From NCBI GenBank assembly GCA_018716115.1, contig DVKF01000040.1, positions 1 through 57,193 of the forward strand: DNA of 57,193 bases, in the 5' to 3' direction. Made by a program: the position numbers and the translations under genes. Numbering within the stretch: position 1 is the first letter of the stretch; every line of letters begins with the position of its first letter. This DNA is from Candidatus Alloscybalousia intestinigallinarum (GTDB taxonomy: Bacteria > Bacillota_I > Bacilli_A > RF39 > UBA660). Positions 36,964 to 45,773 of the stretch are shown in pieces. Under the pieces are notes generated by a model that did no database searches, was not told the origin of the DNA, and worked only from the letters and a program-made list of their open reading frames with translations.

Positions 36964-38292
36964 TTACTGTTCGCGTTTTACTTGGAAAGTAACCTTGGTT
37001 TCTAAACCATTCTTGCCAGTAGCGATGCAAGTAATCTTTTGATCTTCCGTTCCTAAATAATTATTATTAGAAGGATCACAACTATAAGTACCGCCACTTG
37101 AACCAAAAGTAACTTCTAGATTATCTCTAAAATCATAGTCTTGTCCAAAATCTAAAGTAAGAGTATCTTCTAATACTTTAACCTTTGGTTTCTCTTTATC
37201 TATATAAACAATAAATTGTTCTGAAGTCACTTTTTGTTTTCCTACTGCGTTAGTTACTTCGACTGAATAAGCACCATCCTGATCAACGGTAATGGTAGGT
37301 GTAGTTGTTTCTTTAAATACTTCGTTATTACGATACCACGTATAAGTAAAACCAGAAATACTATCTAAAGGATCAGTATTAGCTTCTAGGATTACTTCCA
37401 TTGGACTATAATCACCATTGGCGACTAAATCACGATTGGCATTACTTAATACCCCAGTAATAATGACATAATTCAAAGTATCTTTATCGATACGAACTGG
37501 GTAATTTCCACAACTAGCTGTAGCTTTGTTGTCCTTTTCATCGTAAGATTCTACAGTAATATATTGACTAGCTACATTGCGATTTAATAGAGCTACTCCT
37601 TCAAGATCAGTTGTCATCGTACCATCACTATAAGCGGCTTCATCCCCAATATAATAGTAGAATTGAGAAACCTTAGAAGAAACATCTCCACTTGCTTTTA
37701 CGATTAAATATAATGGTTGATCTGTCCATTCTCCTTGATAAGGTTGAGTACCTTCTTGATCGTACGCGATCTCACAAGCTAGATCATATTTTTCTTCCTC
37801 TTGATAATTATCTAAACACTCTTTACTCTTCTTATCGCCACACATCAAACATACGTGATAATCTAAATCATAACCATAAGAAGAATTCGTAGTATCAGAA
37901 CGACTGTCGACATAAACATAAGACTCTAGATCACACTTTTCACTCTTATCATAAGGATTCGTAAATGACTCTAAGAGCCCTCCATCAACTAAATCCTGTA
38001 AATAGAAGAATTCATATCTACCAGTATTACGTGGTAAAACATATTTTGAACAAAGAGCATTTTTCTCATCCCCATAAAGACAATTATCGACTAAAAGAAC
38101 CACTTTTTCTAAAAACTGTTCTTCATAATTAGAAAAATCTTCATTTCTTTCTCTAGATAAACGATACCCGGTAAAAATCGCTAATCCTACCAAAACCACA
38201 ATCAAAATAATAAATATAATGACTAATGTACTTGTCAAAGTCCCCCGTATTTTCCTTAATTTCTTTACCCATCTTTTTTTCATTTTATTCAA
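36964..38292 (-). CDS. Membrane-anchored extracellular protein with a Cys-rich region and Ig-like (DUF5011-like) C-terminal domains
   Basis: N-terminal TM LVIIFIILIVVLVGLAIF, then a Cys cluster HVCLMCGDKKSKEC. Beta-rich repeats end in KPKVKVLEDTLTLDFGQDYDF...ITCIATGKNGLETKVTFQV. Confidence 0.55.
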   Translation of the reverse strand: MNKMKKRWVKKLRKIRGTLTSTLVIIFIILIVVLVGLAIFTGYRLSRERNEDFSNYEEQFLEKVVLLVDNCLYGDEKNALCSKYVLPRNTGRYEFFYLQDLVDGGLLESFTNPYDKSEKCDLESYVYVDSRSDTTNSSYGYDLDYHVCLMCGDKKSKECLDNYQEEEKYDLACEIAYDQEGTQPYQGEWTDQPLYLIVKASGDVSSKVSQFYYYIGDEAAYSDGTMTTDLEGVALLNRNVASQYITVESYDEKDNKATASCGNYPVRIDKDTLNYVIITGVLSNANRDLVANGDYSPMEVILEANTDPLDSISGFTYTWYRNNEVFKETTTPTITVDQDGAYSVEVTNAVGKQKVTSEQFIVYIDKEKPKVKVLEDTLTLDFGQDYDFRDNLEVTFGSSGGTYSCDPSNNNYLGTEDQKITCIATGKNGLETKVTFQVKREQ

Positions 38293-38528
38293 CTCCTCTT
38301 ACCTATTTCTGGGTCGATACTATTTCGCCATTTAGAAAGTATCGCTTCAATGACGAAACAGATAACCGCATAGAGGGGTGACCAATTACGAAATAGAGAA
38401 AAAAGTGATAAAAGGATGGTTAATAAACCAAAGAAAATAATGCCATACCACAAAATTTTTCTTATCTTTAACCGTTTTAATTTTTCATCATTCGTAATGG
38501 TTTGTTTTCCATGATTTTTACTATTCAT
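38289..38528 (-). CDS. Small two-TM protein
   Basis: 79 aa. Its stop overlaps the start of the downstream gene by 4 nt, indicating an operon. Confidence 0.5.
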   Translation of the reverse strand: MNSKNHGKQTITNDEKLKRLKIRKILWYGIIFFGLLTILLSLFSLFRNWSPLYAVICFVIEAILSKWRNSIDPEIGKRS

Positions 38529-38535
38529 AATCCCC

Positions 38536-39093
38536 CTACTTTTCTATTTTCTTTATCACTTGTTTCATTTCTTTACGAATAAAACAAGCATTATAAATAT
38601 CTAAAATTGCGTAAACAATTGTAAATATTCCTGCTACTTGTGTAAACGCAATTGCGCCACCAAAAGGATTAATCATCAATAAAATACCACAAGCCAAAGT
38701 TAAAATAGACGCAATAATTGCTCGCATGTAATTAGGTACTTGATTACTACGTAGAGTTAGACCATACTGTAATTTACTAATCCCGCTAATAATAAAATAA
38801 ATGCCCAATACAAATGGTAAAATACTAACTACAAACTCAGAATTAAAAATAAAAGCAAATCCTAGGATACAAGCAATCACTCCGACAATTAAATTAGCGT
38901 TATACTTATTTTTAAAATAATCTATTAAAGAAACAATTCCAGGAATTAGAATAACTAGACCGATAATAAAAGAAATCGTTCCTAGAATAAAATCTGGTTC
39001 AATCAGTAATAGAATACCTAAAACAAGCATAATGATTGAGGAAATAAGTGAACTAACAAATAATCCTTTTATTTTATCCTTTAAATATTCCAT
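38536..39093 (-). CDS. HdeD/DUF308-family membrane protein
   Basis: 185 aa with 6 TMs. Repeated G(I/L)LLLI.P / II.GI..L pattern typical of DUF308. Confidence 0.6.
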   Translation of the reverse strand: MEYLKDKIKGLFVSSLISSIIMLVLGILLLIEPDFILGTISFIIGLVILIPGIVSLIDYFKNKYNANLIVGVIACILGFAFIFNSEFVVSILPFVLGIYFIISGISKLQYGLTLRSNQVPNYMRAIIASILTLACGILLMINPFGGAIAFTQVAGIFTIVYAILDIYNACFIRKEMKQVIKKIEK

Positions 39094-39152
39094 ATCTACC
39101 CTCCATTATAAGTATAAAACATTTTATGTGTTTTGTGAATCACAAGTAATCA

Positions 39153-39998
39153 TTAAATAGAAAGTACTCGTTTAAATTCTCTAGGTGGCTTAGAAACAAA
39201 AGTAAATTTTTTCTTAGTAAATGGATCACAAATCACTAATTTACTGGCATGTAAATATAGACGTTTTGCTTTACAGCCTCCGTATTTTAAATCGCCAATA
39301 ATCGGATGATTGAGATAAGATAATTGAACGCGAATTTGGTTTTTACGACCAGTCGATAGGGAAAGCTTTAATAAAGAGTTTTTATCTTCAGCAAGCACTT
39401 GGTAATCCGTAATCGCCTTTTTCCCACTATTTACAGGACTAACATATACTTTATGTTGTTGATTTTCTTTTAAATAATGAACTAATCTTGCTTCTTTTTC
39501 TTCTAAAATACCACTAACTACTGCGGTGTATTCTCTAGTTAGAGCAACATTTTCCCAATCTTCTTGTAATTTTTGTTTCAGTTTCTCATCCTTAGCGAAT
39601 AAAACTAAGCCTGAGGTTTCTCGGTCAAGTCGATGAACGATAAAAATCTTCTCTTTCTTTTCTTTCTGATGAACATATTCCCTGACTAAATGATAAAGGG
39701 TTCTGTTTCTTTCTTTATCAGTAGAAACCGTCAACATCCCACTCGGTTTATCGACCACTAGGTAATTCTCATCCTCATAAATAATCTCAATATTACCGAT
39801 TTTGGTTTCTTTTTTCTCCGTAGAAACCACTACCGTTTGTCCTTCACGTACCAAATCCTCGTGAGAAAGTACTTTACCATGTTCTAAAGTAATCGCCCGA
39901 AATTTCAGTAAACTCTTAATTTTCTTTTTCGAATAATCTGTATTTTCTAATAAAAAGTCGATGATATTCATCTTTTGATGAACAGGAATTAACATCAT
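39153..39998 (-). CDS. RluA-family pseudouridine synthase with an S4-like N-terminus
   Basis: Catalytic motif VHRLDRETSGLVLFAK and C-terminal GRKNQIRVQL. Confidence 0.85.
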   Translation of the reverse strand: MMLIPVHQKMNIIDFLLENTDYSKKKIKSLLKFRAITLEHGKVLSHEDLVREGQTVVVSTEKKETKIGNIEIIYEDENYLVVDKPSGMLTVSTDKERNRTLYHLVREYVHQKEKKEKIFIVHRLDRETSGLVLFAKDEKLKQKLQEDWENVALTREYTAVVSGILEEKEARLVHYLKENQQHKVYVSPVNSGKKAITDYQVLAEDKNSLLKLSLSTGRKNQIRVQLSYLNHPIIGDLKYGGCKAKRLYLHASKLVICDPFTKKKFTFVSKPPREFKRVLSI

Positions 39999-40495
39999 AT
40001 TAAATTCTCCTCTCTAATTACGGAATAAGCTTGAACTAAGCGAGAAAACGAACAAGTAGCGTTAGCTGAACTGGGAGAAGGAAGTAAAATTGCTTCTTGC
40101 CTCAACTGTGGGTAAAGATACCGTTGATATAAATCATACGCCCGCTTTCCTGTCACAAAAATTCGCTTTATCGGGGTAGTATCAAGTAATGACTGAATAT
40201 CATTGACTTGGACATCAGTAATCGAAGCATCACTCGATCCGTGAATTTGACAAGAAGCAATCACATCCCACAAGGCAATCTGGTGCCGAGTTAAAAATGC
40301 TTTCTTTTCTTCTATTGTCTCAGGAACTTCTTCCACATATAAACAGGCTAACACTTTCCAAAAACGATTAGTTGGATGCATATAGTAAAAGCCTTCTTTT
40401 CGAGATACCACAGAAGGAATACTTCCTAAAATTAATATCTTGGCCCCTTCGGGAACAAAAGGAGGAAAGGGATGATTTACCACTTTCCTTTCCAT
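39995..40495 (-). CDS. UDG-superfamily DNA glycosylase (DNA-deoxyinosine/hypoxanthine glycosylase type)
   Basis: Motif HPFPPFVPEGAKILILGSIPSVVSRKEGFYYMHPTNRFW and C-terminal LPSPSSAN. Confidence 0.7.
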   Translation of the reverse strand: MERKVVNHPFPPFVPEGAKILILGSIPSVVSRKEGFYYMHPTNRFWKVLACLYVEEVPETIEEKKAFLTRHQIALWDVIASCQIHGSSDASITDVQVNDIQSLLDTTPIKRIFVTGKRAYDLYQRYLYPQLRQEAILLPSPSSANATCSFSRLVQAYSVIREENLI

Positions 40496-41073
40496 TAGTC
40501 TACAACCTTAATTGACGTAATAACTGGTTGATTTTCTGGAAGAACCGTACCATTTGCATCTTCTACTTGCACATCCTCACAGATCTCATCGACAATTTCC
40601 ATTCCACTTGTTACATGTCCAAAAGCAGCATACTCACCATTTAAATGTGGGCTATCTTGTTGAACGATAAAGAATTGACTAGAAGCACTATTTGGCAAAC
40701 TAGAACGGGCCATCGAAATTACGCCACGCACATGATCGATGGAATTATCTACACCGTTAGAAGAAAATTCTCCTTTGATCGTTCGACTACTACCACCCGT
40801 ACCATCTCCATTAGGGTCACCACCTTGAATCATAAAGCCATCGATAATTCGATGAAAAGTTAAACCATCATAGAATCCTTCTTCGACTAAGTCGACAAAA
40901 TTGGTTACTGTAATTGGTGCTTCATCCGCATCGAGTTCTAGCGCAATCGTCCCATAATCTTCTACTTCGATTTCGACATTTACTTTTCCTGATAAATATT
41001 CATTCTTTCCACATCCAGTTACCATAAAAACACCGGTTAAAAGGATGACTAACATTAAACCTATTTTTTTCAT
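40495..41073 (-). CDS. Cyclophilin-type peptidyl-prolyl isomerase, lipoprotein
   Basis: Lipobox MVTGC. Motifs FHRIIDGFMIQGGDP and SQFFIV. Confidence 0.85.
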   Translation of the reverse strand: MKKIGLMLVILLTGVFMVTGCGKNEYLSGKVNVEIEVEDYGTIALELDADEAPITVTNFVDLVEEGFYDGLTFHRIIDGFMIQGGDPNGDGTGGSSRTIKGEFSSNGVDNSIDHVRGVISMARSSLPNSASSQFFIVQQDSPHLNGEYAAFGHVTSGMEIVDEICEDVQVEDANGTVLPENQPVITSIKVVD

Positions 41074-41074
41074 T

Positions 41075-41728
41075 TCATTCCTCCACTAAACATTTTTCTT
41101 CTAAATACTCTTCTAAAGTTAGATGATGATCCATAATTTCTTTAGAGAGCGGATACCCAACATAACGAAAATGCCAAGGTTCATAACTAACTCCCGTTAA
41201 CATTTCTTTTTCTTTTGGGTATCGCAAAATAAATCCATAATCGCGACAAACTGTCTCCATTATTTGATACTGCTTGTCGTAATTTCCTTGTTTTTCATTA
41301 TCTAATTGATTAGATAAATAATCATCATGCGTTCGTACCGTAATATCTAAAGCCAGTCCTGTATGATGTTCACTCGCTCCAACCGGAGCAACCATTTTAT
41401 CGGCTTCTTCTTTCGGATAACGAGAATAAAACTCATCGATAACTTGTTGTTGTTCCTCTAGTGTTCGATATCCACTAGAGATGGAAACCTCGATCCCTAA
41501 AGATTGTAACTTTTTTTGAAAAAGCAAATAATGTTCATAGGCTTCTTTTTCCACCTTGATTAAATTACCCTCGATATCTTTTGTTTCTACCATTTCTCTA
41601 CCTTGATAATCTTCTTCTCGATAAGGATGAAGCCGGTTAACTAATATATCATAACGATCAAACTCCAAAGTATTCTTCCTTTCTAAAACAGTAATAGTTT
41701 CTATGTGATAGGTATTGGTTCTGTGCAT
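41075..41728 (-). CDS. M15-family D-Ala-D-Ala carboxypeptidase (VanY-like)
   Basis: Motifs SGYRTLEEQ, SEHHTGLALD and EPWHFRYVG. No signal peptide is evident. Confidence 0.8.
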   Translation of the reverse strand: MHRTNTYHIETITVLERKNTLEFDRYDILVNRLHPYREEDYQGREMVETKDIEGNLIKVEKEAYEHYLLFQKKLQSLGIEVSISSGYRTLEEQQQVIDEFYSRYPKEEADKMVAPVGASEHHTGLALDITVRTHDDYLSNQLDNEKQGNYDKQYQIMETVCRDYGFILRYPKEKEMLTGVSYEPWHFRYVGYPLSKEIMDHHLTLEEYLEEKCLVEE

Positions 41729-41772
41729 AGTTGATTTAAATATGTCATTTTAATATAAAATTCACGTTCTTC

Positions 41773-42120
41773 TCATGTTTTTGTACTAGGCATTATAAGT
41801 AAATTATTCGTCCAGCTAATTTGTCGCACCAATAGTGAGACAATTTCATTATCCTTATAGGTTTCATAAAATTGTTTCATTCTATATATTCCACGTCTAT
41901 TAAATCCTTTCATTGTAGGATAATGATTTTTCGTAAATTCTTCTAATCTATCAACAATTCCTTCTCCCCAATTACTTTGTTCCAACATTTCACTTACAAA
42001 TTTTCCAAAGTCCCAATACAGAGAAATTAATTCTTCGTTAACTTTCCTATAAGCGTTACTTCTTCTAGTTTCTATCATATCAATAATCGGTTTAAAAGTT
42101 TCTTCTGGCATCATAATCAT
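41773..42120 (-). pseudogene. Remnant of a DUF1016/YhcG-type gene (N-terminal domain only; PD-(D/E)xK nuclease half missing)
   Basis: Motifs LISLYWDFGKFVSE...WGEGIVDRLEEF...GFNRRGIYRMKQFYETY...VRQISWTNNLLI, then a premature stop. Only 44 nt separate it from the next gene. Confidence 0.6.
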
Positions 42121-42356
42121 CCTTTCAATAAGTATATTTTATTGATATCTTTGTATTTTTAATCGCAAATTATAATCTAATCAAATAATATCATATTTTC
42201 TGTTTTATTTTTATTATTATTTATGATTTTACTAATAAAACTAACTATAGAACTACCTTAATAAATAAACCTAAAATCTCAAATAATCATTTGATTTTTC
42301 AAAAACTAGTAAGCTTTTACCCTTTCTTGACATCTACAGAACAATCAATTTCTTCT

Positions 42357-43610
42357 TTATTTACATCTATTTAACACGCACACACATTCAACGTGATAAG
42401 TATTAGAAAACATATCCACCAAATGAACATGAGCAAGTTGATAAGCGGAAAGTAGTATCTTTAAATCGCGCGCTAGCGTAACGGGATCACAAGAAACATA
42501 TACGATACTATCTGGCAAAATACGAAGAATTGTCGTAATCGTCTTACTATCCAATCCACTCCGTGGTGGATCGACAACCAAAGAATCAATCTGTTTAAAC
42601 TCTTCGATATAGTCTTCTACTTTTCCATGAATAAATGAAATATTATTTACCTGATTGATTTCTTGATTCATTTTAGCGGCTCGAACAGCATCTTCAACCA
42701 CTTCAATCCCAATTACTTCCTGAACATATGGAGTAAGTAATAACCCGATTGTCCCAGTACCTGAATATAAATCTAAAACCTTATGATAGTGTTTATCTCG
42801 GTAATAATCGATTACTTTCTGATACAAAGCAAGCATCATTTCATAGTTTACCTGAAAGAAAGCATCTGGTAAAATCCGAAACTGTAAATCAAAGATTTTT
42901 TCGGTAATATAAGGTTTTCCCGATACCACTTGGCCATTTAAAAGAATAGAGGTTAAAGACAAATTAGAAAGGAAGGAACAAAACGATTCTTGATTGACTC
43001 TTCCCTTTGCCACCAACATCATTTCGTTTAAACTCGTTTTTCGAATCATCAATTCTTTTATTTCTTCATCTGGATAAGTAGCCAAATAACTGCGAACCCG
43101 TTGATAAACACGATTGATTTCCTCGTCGACCAATAGACACTGCGAAATTGGGGTTAAATCGCGACTTTTTTCTTGATAAAAACCAAGTTGACCATTCAAC
43201 AAGCCGTGAAAGACTACTTTATTTCGATAATGAATCGGTTTACCATGACAAATACTTTCTATTTCAAAATCAGAGATTCCCGCAAACCTGGAAAAAAGCT
43301 CACGGACTTTGTTTTCTTTAAAAATCAGTTGATGTTTAAGGTCTTGATGCATCAAACTACAACCACCACATTCTTCATAATGTGGGCAAATTGGCTTTAC
43401 CCTTTCTGAAGAAGGTTGAATAATCTCTTTTATCTTCGCGAAAAGAAAAGTTTTCTTCACCTTGGTAATCACGATACGACAACGATCTCCGGTTAAGCCG
43501 TGTTTAACAAAGACAAGCTTGTCCCCAATTTTGGCAATGCCATCGCCAAAATGATCTTGTTTCGTAATCGTAACTTCATATTCATCTTGTTTTTTGATTT
43601 CTTCTTCCAT
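42357..43610 (-). CDS. RumA/RlmD-type 23S rRNA (uracil-C5)-methyltransferase with TRAM domain and Fe-S cysteines
   Basis: TRAM N-terminus, cysteines CPHYEECGGCSLMH, SAM motif VLDLYSGTGTIG, and catalytic VYVSCDP. Confidence 0.85.
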   Translation of the reverse strand: MEEEIKKQDEYEVTITKQDHFGDGIAKIGDKLVFVKHGLTGDRCRIVITKVKKTFLFAKIKEIIQPSSERVKPICPHYEECGGCSLMHQDLKHQLIFKENKVRELFSRFAGISDFEIESICHGKPIHYRNKVVFHGLLNGQLGFYQEKSRDLTPISQCLLVDEEINRVYQRVRSYLATYPDEEIKELMIRKTSLNEMMLVAKGRVNQESFCSFLSNLSLTSILLNGQVVSGKPYITEKIFDLQFRILPDAFFQVNYEMMLALYQKVIDYYRDKHYHKVLDLYSGTGTIGLLLTPYVQEVIGIEVVEDAVRAAKMNQEINQVNNISFIHGKVEDYIEEFKQIDSLVVDPPRSGLDSKTITTILRILPDSIVYVSCDPVTLARDLKILLSAYQLAHVHLVDMFSNTYHVECVCVLNRCK

Positions 43611-43662
43611 TGACTAATCACACTCACCTACTATTATACAGGAAAACCAGACTTTGCGCCAT

Positions 43663-43685
43663 GAAAAAGAAGCATCTCTGCTTCC
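43663..43685 (-). terminator. Rho-independent terminator after the LtaS-family gene
   Basis: Minus strand reads GAAGCA-GAGA-TGCTTC followed by TTTTT. Confidence 0.6.
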
Positions 43686-43704
43686 AAATGAAGAAAGAAA
43701 TTTT

Positions 43705-45702
43705 CTATTCTCCTAAAACTCTTCGATAATAATCATATTGCATAATATATCTACTGAGTAAAATCTTATTACTAACGATATTATTCATTTTTCTTACATA
43801 ATCACTATCTACGCTAATTCCATCACGACTTACAAATTCACCACTACTAGCATAGTAAGTTCCCTGATCACTTACCCATGAAGAATTCGCAAATATCGCA
43901 ACGCCTGGTTCAGTACTTAATATATCTTTACCAATAATGAGTCGCGAATCATACTCTACGCCAAACAAATTATAAATTGTCGGTAATACATCGATTTGAC
44001 TACCCACTTTATCTACCGTTATCGTTTCCATTTCACTATTCCATAAGATAAAATTACTTCTATTAATTTCTACTACGCTATCTTTTTCGTAGCTCGCTAG
44101 TTCATTGACTTCATCAAGAGATAAATAATATGGATAATGATCTCCCACTAACGCAATTACGGTATCTTCAAGTTCGCCTGATTCTGTTAGTTTTTCAATT
44201 AGTAACTCTAGTGCTTGATCTAGTTCAATTTGCGCCGCCAAATAAGCAAGAGGTTTCTCTGAATAATTTAATCCTGCCACATCATTTCTGTGTTTACTAG
44301 CCATCGCATTAGAACTAAACGTATAATCACCATGTCCACTGACCGTAACATAATAAACCATGAACGGTTCATCCTTACCCAAATAATCAGTAACTGTTCC
44401 CTCGATCATTTCTACATCCGATTCCGGCCAGCGATTACAATTGATTCGCTTTTCTAAACCATTACGACAACCCAAATAATGATCAAAGCCTAAAGACGCT
44501 AAATACTTGTTACGATTTTGAAAAGTATATGTATGATTATGATAAGCATAAGTCTGATATCCCATCTTTTGAAAAGAAGTAGCAATACCAAAAGGATAGG
44601 CATTTTCCCCACTCTTCCAAAAAGGTAAAAATCCAGATGCAGCCACTAACCCGGTAAGCTCTTGAAACTCACCACCAATGGTACTACTAATTGATGGAGT
44701 ATAAAAGTTGTTAAATTTAAAGCCACTATTCACTAACCGATAAAGAGTAGGCGTAATATCTTGTCTAACCGCAATTTCATTAAAACCTTCTGCCATGAAT
44801 AAAATCAAATTCTTATCTTTAAAATAGTTCGTATACTCATTTTGTAGTGTCCCTGTTTCCTTTTGAAAATACTCATGCATCATCCGAATCGTACTATCAC
44901 TTTCTTTGGCGATTAAAGAAGCAAAATCAATATCTAAACGATTATACTCATATTCTGGTTTTTCCTCATTATTCTCTTCATCAGAATCATCTTGATTAAC
45001 ATCTTTATCACCATTTTCATCAACATCTTGATTGACATCATCATCCGTAATATTTAGTTTCCCTTCAAAACCAAATACCGTTCTTTTTATATCGATTCGA
45101 AAAGCATTAAGAACCCCAAATTTTCGAATATTGAGTTCATGATTACTTACCTGAAAATATAACTCTCTTGCGGAATTAATCTCATTACCATTTAGATAAA
45201 GAGAACCGATAAATATCATGTAAATGATAATACAGCTAGACAAAAACCCAATATGTCCTTTCCCATCCTGTTTATCAATGACGAATTTCCGATGAAAAAT
45301 CAATAATCCGATAAATGGTAAAAACAAGAGTAATATTCCCAATAGATTTTTGAAAATAAGTTTCAAAGCATCTCCCGTAAAGCTCATCACTTGATCGGTA
45401 GCACTTAAAAGGGATAAATCAAAATAAAAACCAAACATCTTAAAAATACATAACTGTAATACAAAGATACAAGTAATCACAAAAAGAGTTACATAATAAA
45501 TACCTTTATTTACTCGATTACTACCCCATGTTGCGAAAAAACAAATAAGTAAAGTTGTAAATACGCTATATAAAAATACATACAACAAACTAATATTAAA
45601 CACTGCACCTTTAGTTAGTAGCCTAAAAACAATTTCTAAATACATCAATATTAATAAAGTAAATAAAAATATATTTAAATTTTTTAATTTGTACTTCTTC
45701 AT
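43705..45702 (-). CDS. LTA synthase / phosphoglycerol transferase family (sulfatase-domain) membrane protein
   Basis: Five N-terminal TMs, an acidic D/N/E-rich linker, then a sulfatase domain (LILFMAEGFN, TIGGEF, GDHYPY). Preferred ATG at 45702 after GGTGAGAAG. Confidence 0.8.
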   Translation of the reverse strand: MKKYKLKNLNIFLFTLLILMYLEIVFRLLTKGAVFNISLLYVFLYSVFTTLLICFFATWGSNRVNKGIYYVTLFVITCIFVLQLCIFKMFGFYFDLSLLSATDQVMSFTGDALKLIFKNLLGILLLFLPFIGLLIFHRKFVIDKQDGKGHIGFLSSCIIIYMIFIGSLYLNGNEINSARELYFQVSNHELNIRKFGVLNAFRIDIKRTVFGFEGKLNITDDDVNQDVDENGDKDVNQDDSDEENNEEKPEYEYNRLDIDFASLIAKESDSTIRMMHEYFQKETGTLQNEYTNYFKDKNLILFMAEGFNEIAVRQDITPTLYRLVNSGFKFNNFYTPSISSTIGGEFQELTGLVAASGFLPFWKSGENAYPFGIATSFQKMGYQTYAYHNHTYTFQNRNKYLASLGFDHYLGCRNGLEKRINCNRWPESDVEMIEGTVTDYLGKDEPFMVYYVTVSGHGDYTFSSNAMASKHRNDVAGLNYSEKPLAYLAAQIELDQALELLIEKLTESGELEDTVIALVGDHYPYYLSLDEVNELASYEKDSVVEINRSNFILWNSEMETITVDKVGSQIDVLPTIYNLFGVEYDSRLIIGKDILSTEPGVAIFANSSWVSDQGTYYASSGEFVSRDGISVDSDYVRKMNNIVSNKILLSRYIMQYDYYRRVLGE

Positions 45703-45773
45703 ACTTCTCACCAATATATCTTATTATACTAAAACTTTTCGGTTATCAGAATAATAACCAATAATCATAAATC

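Noticed and set aside
26222-41728. VanR/VanS-like genes plus the VanY-like M15 peptidase considered as a vancomycin-resistance cluster.
   Set aside because: There are no vanH, van ligase or vanX genes. The VanY-like gene is 13 kb away on the other strand, and its upstream region lacks the CTTAAGA motif.
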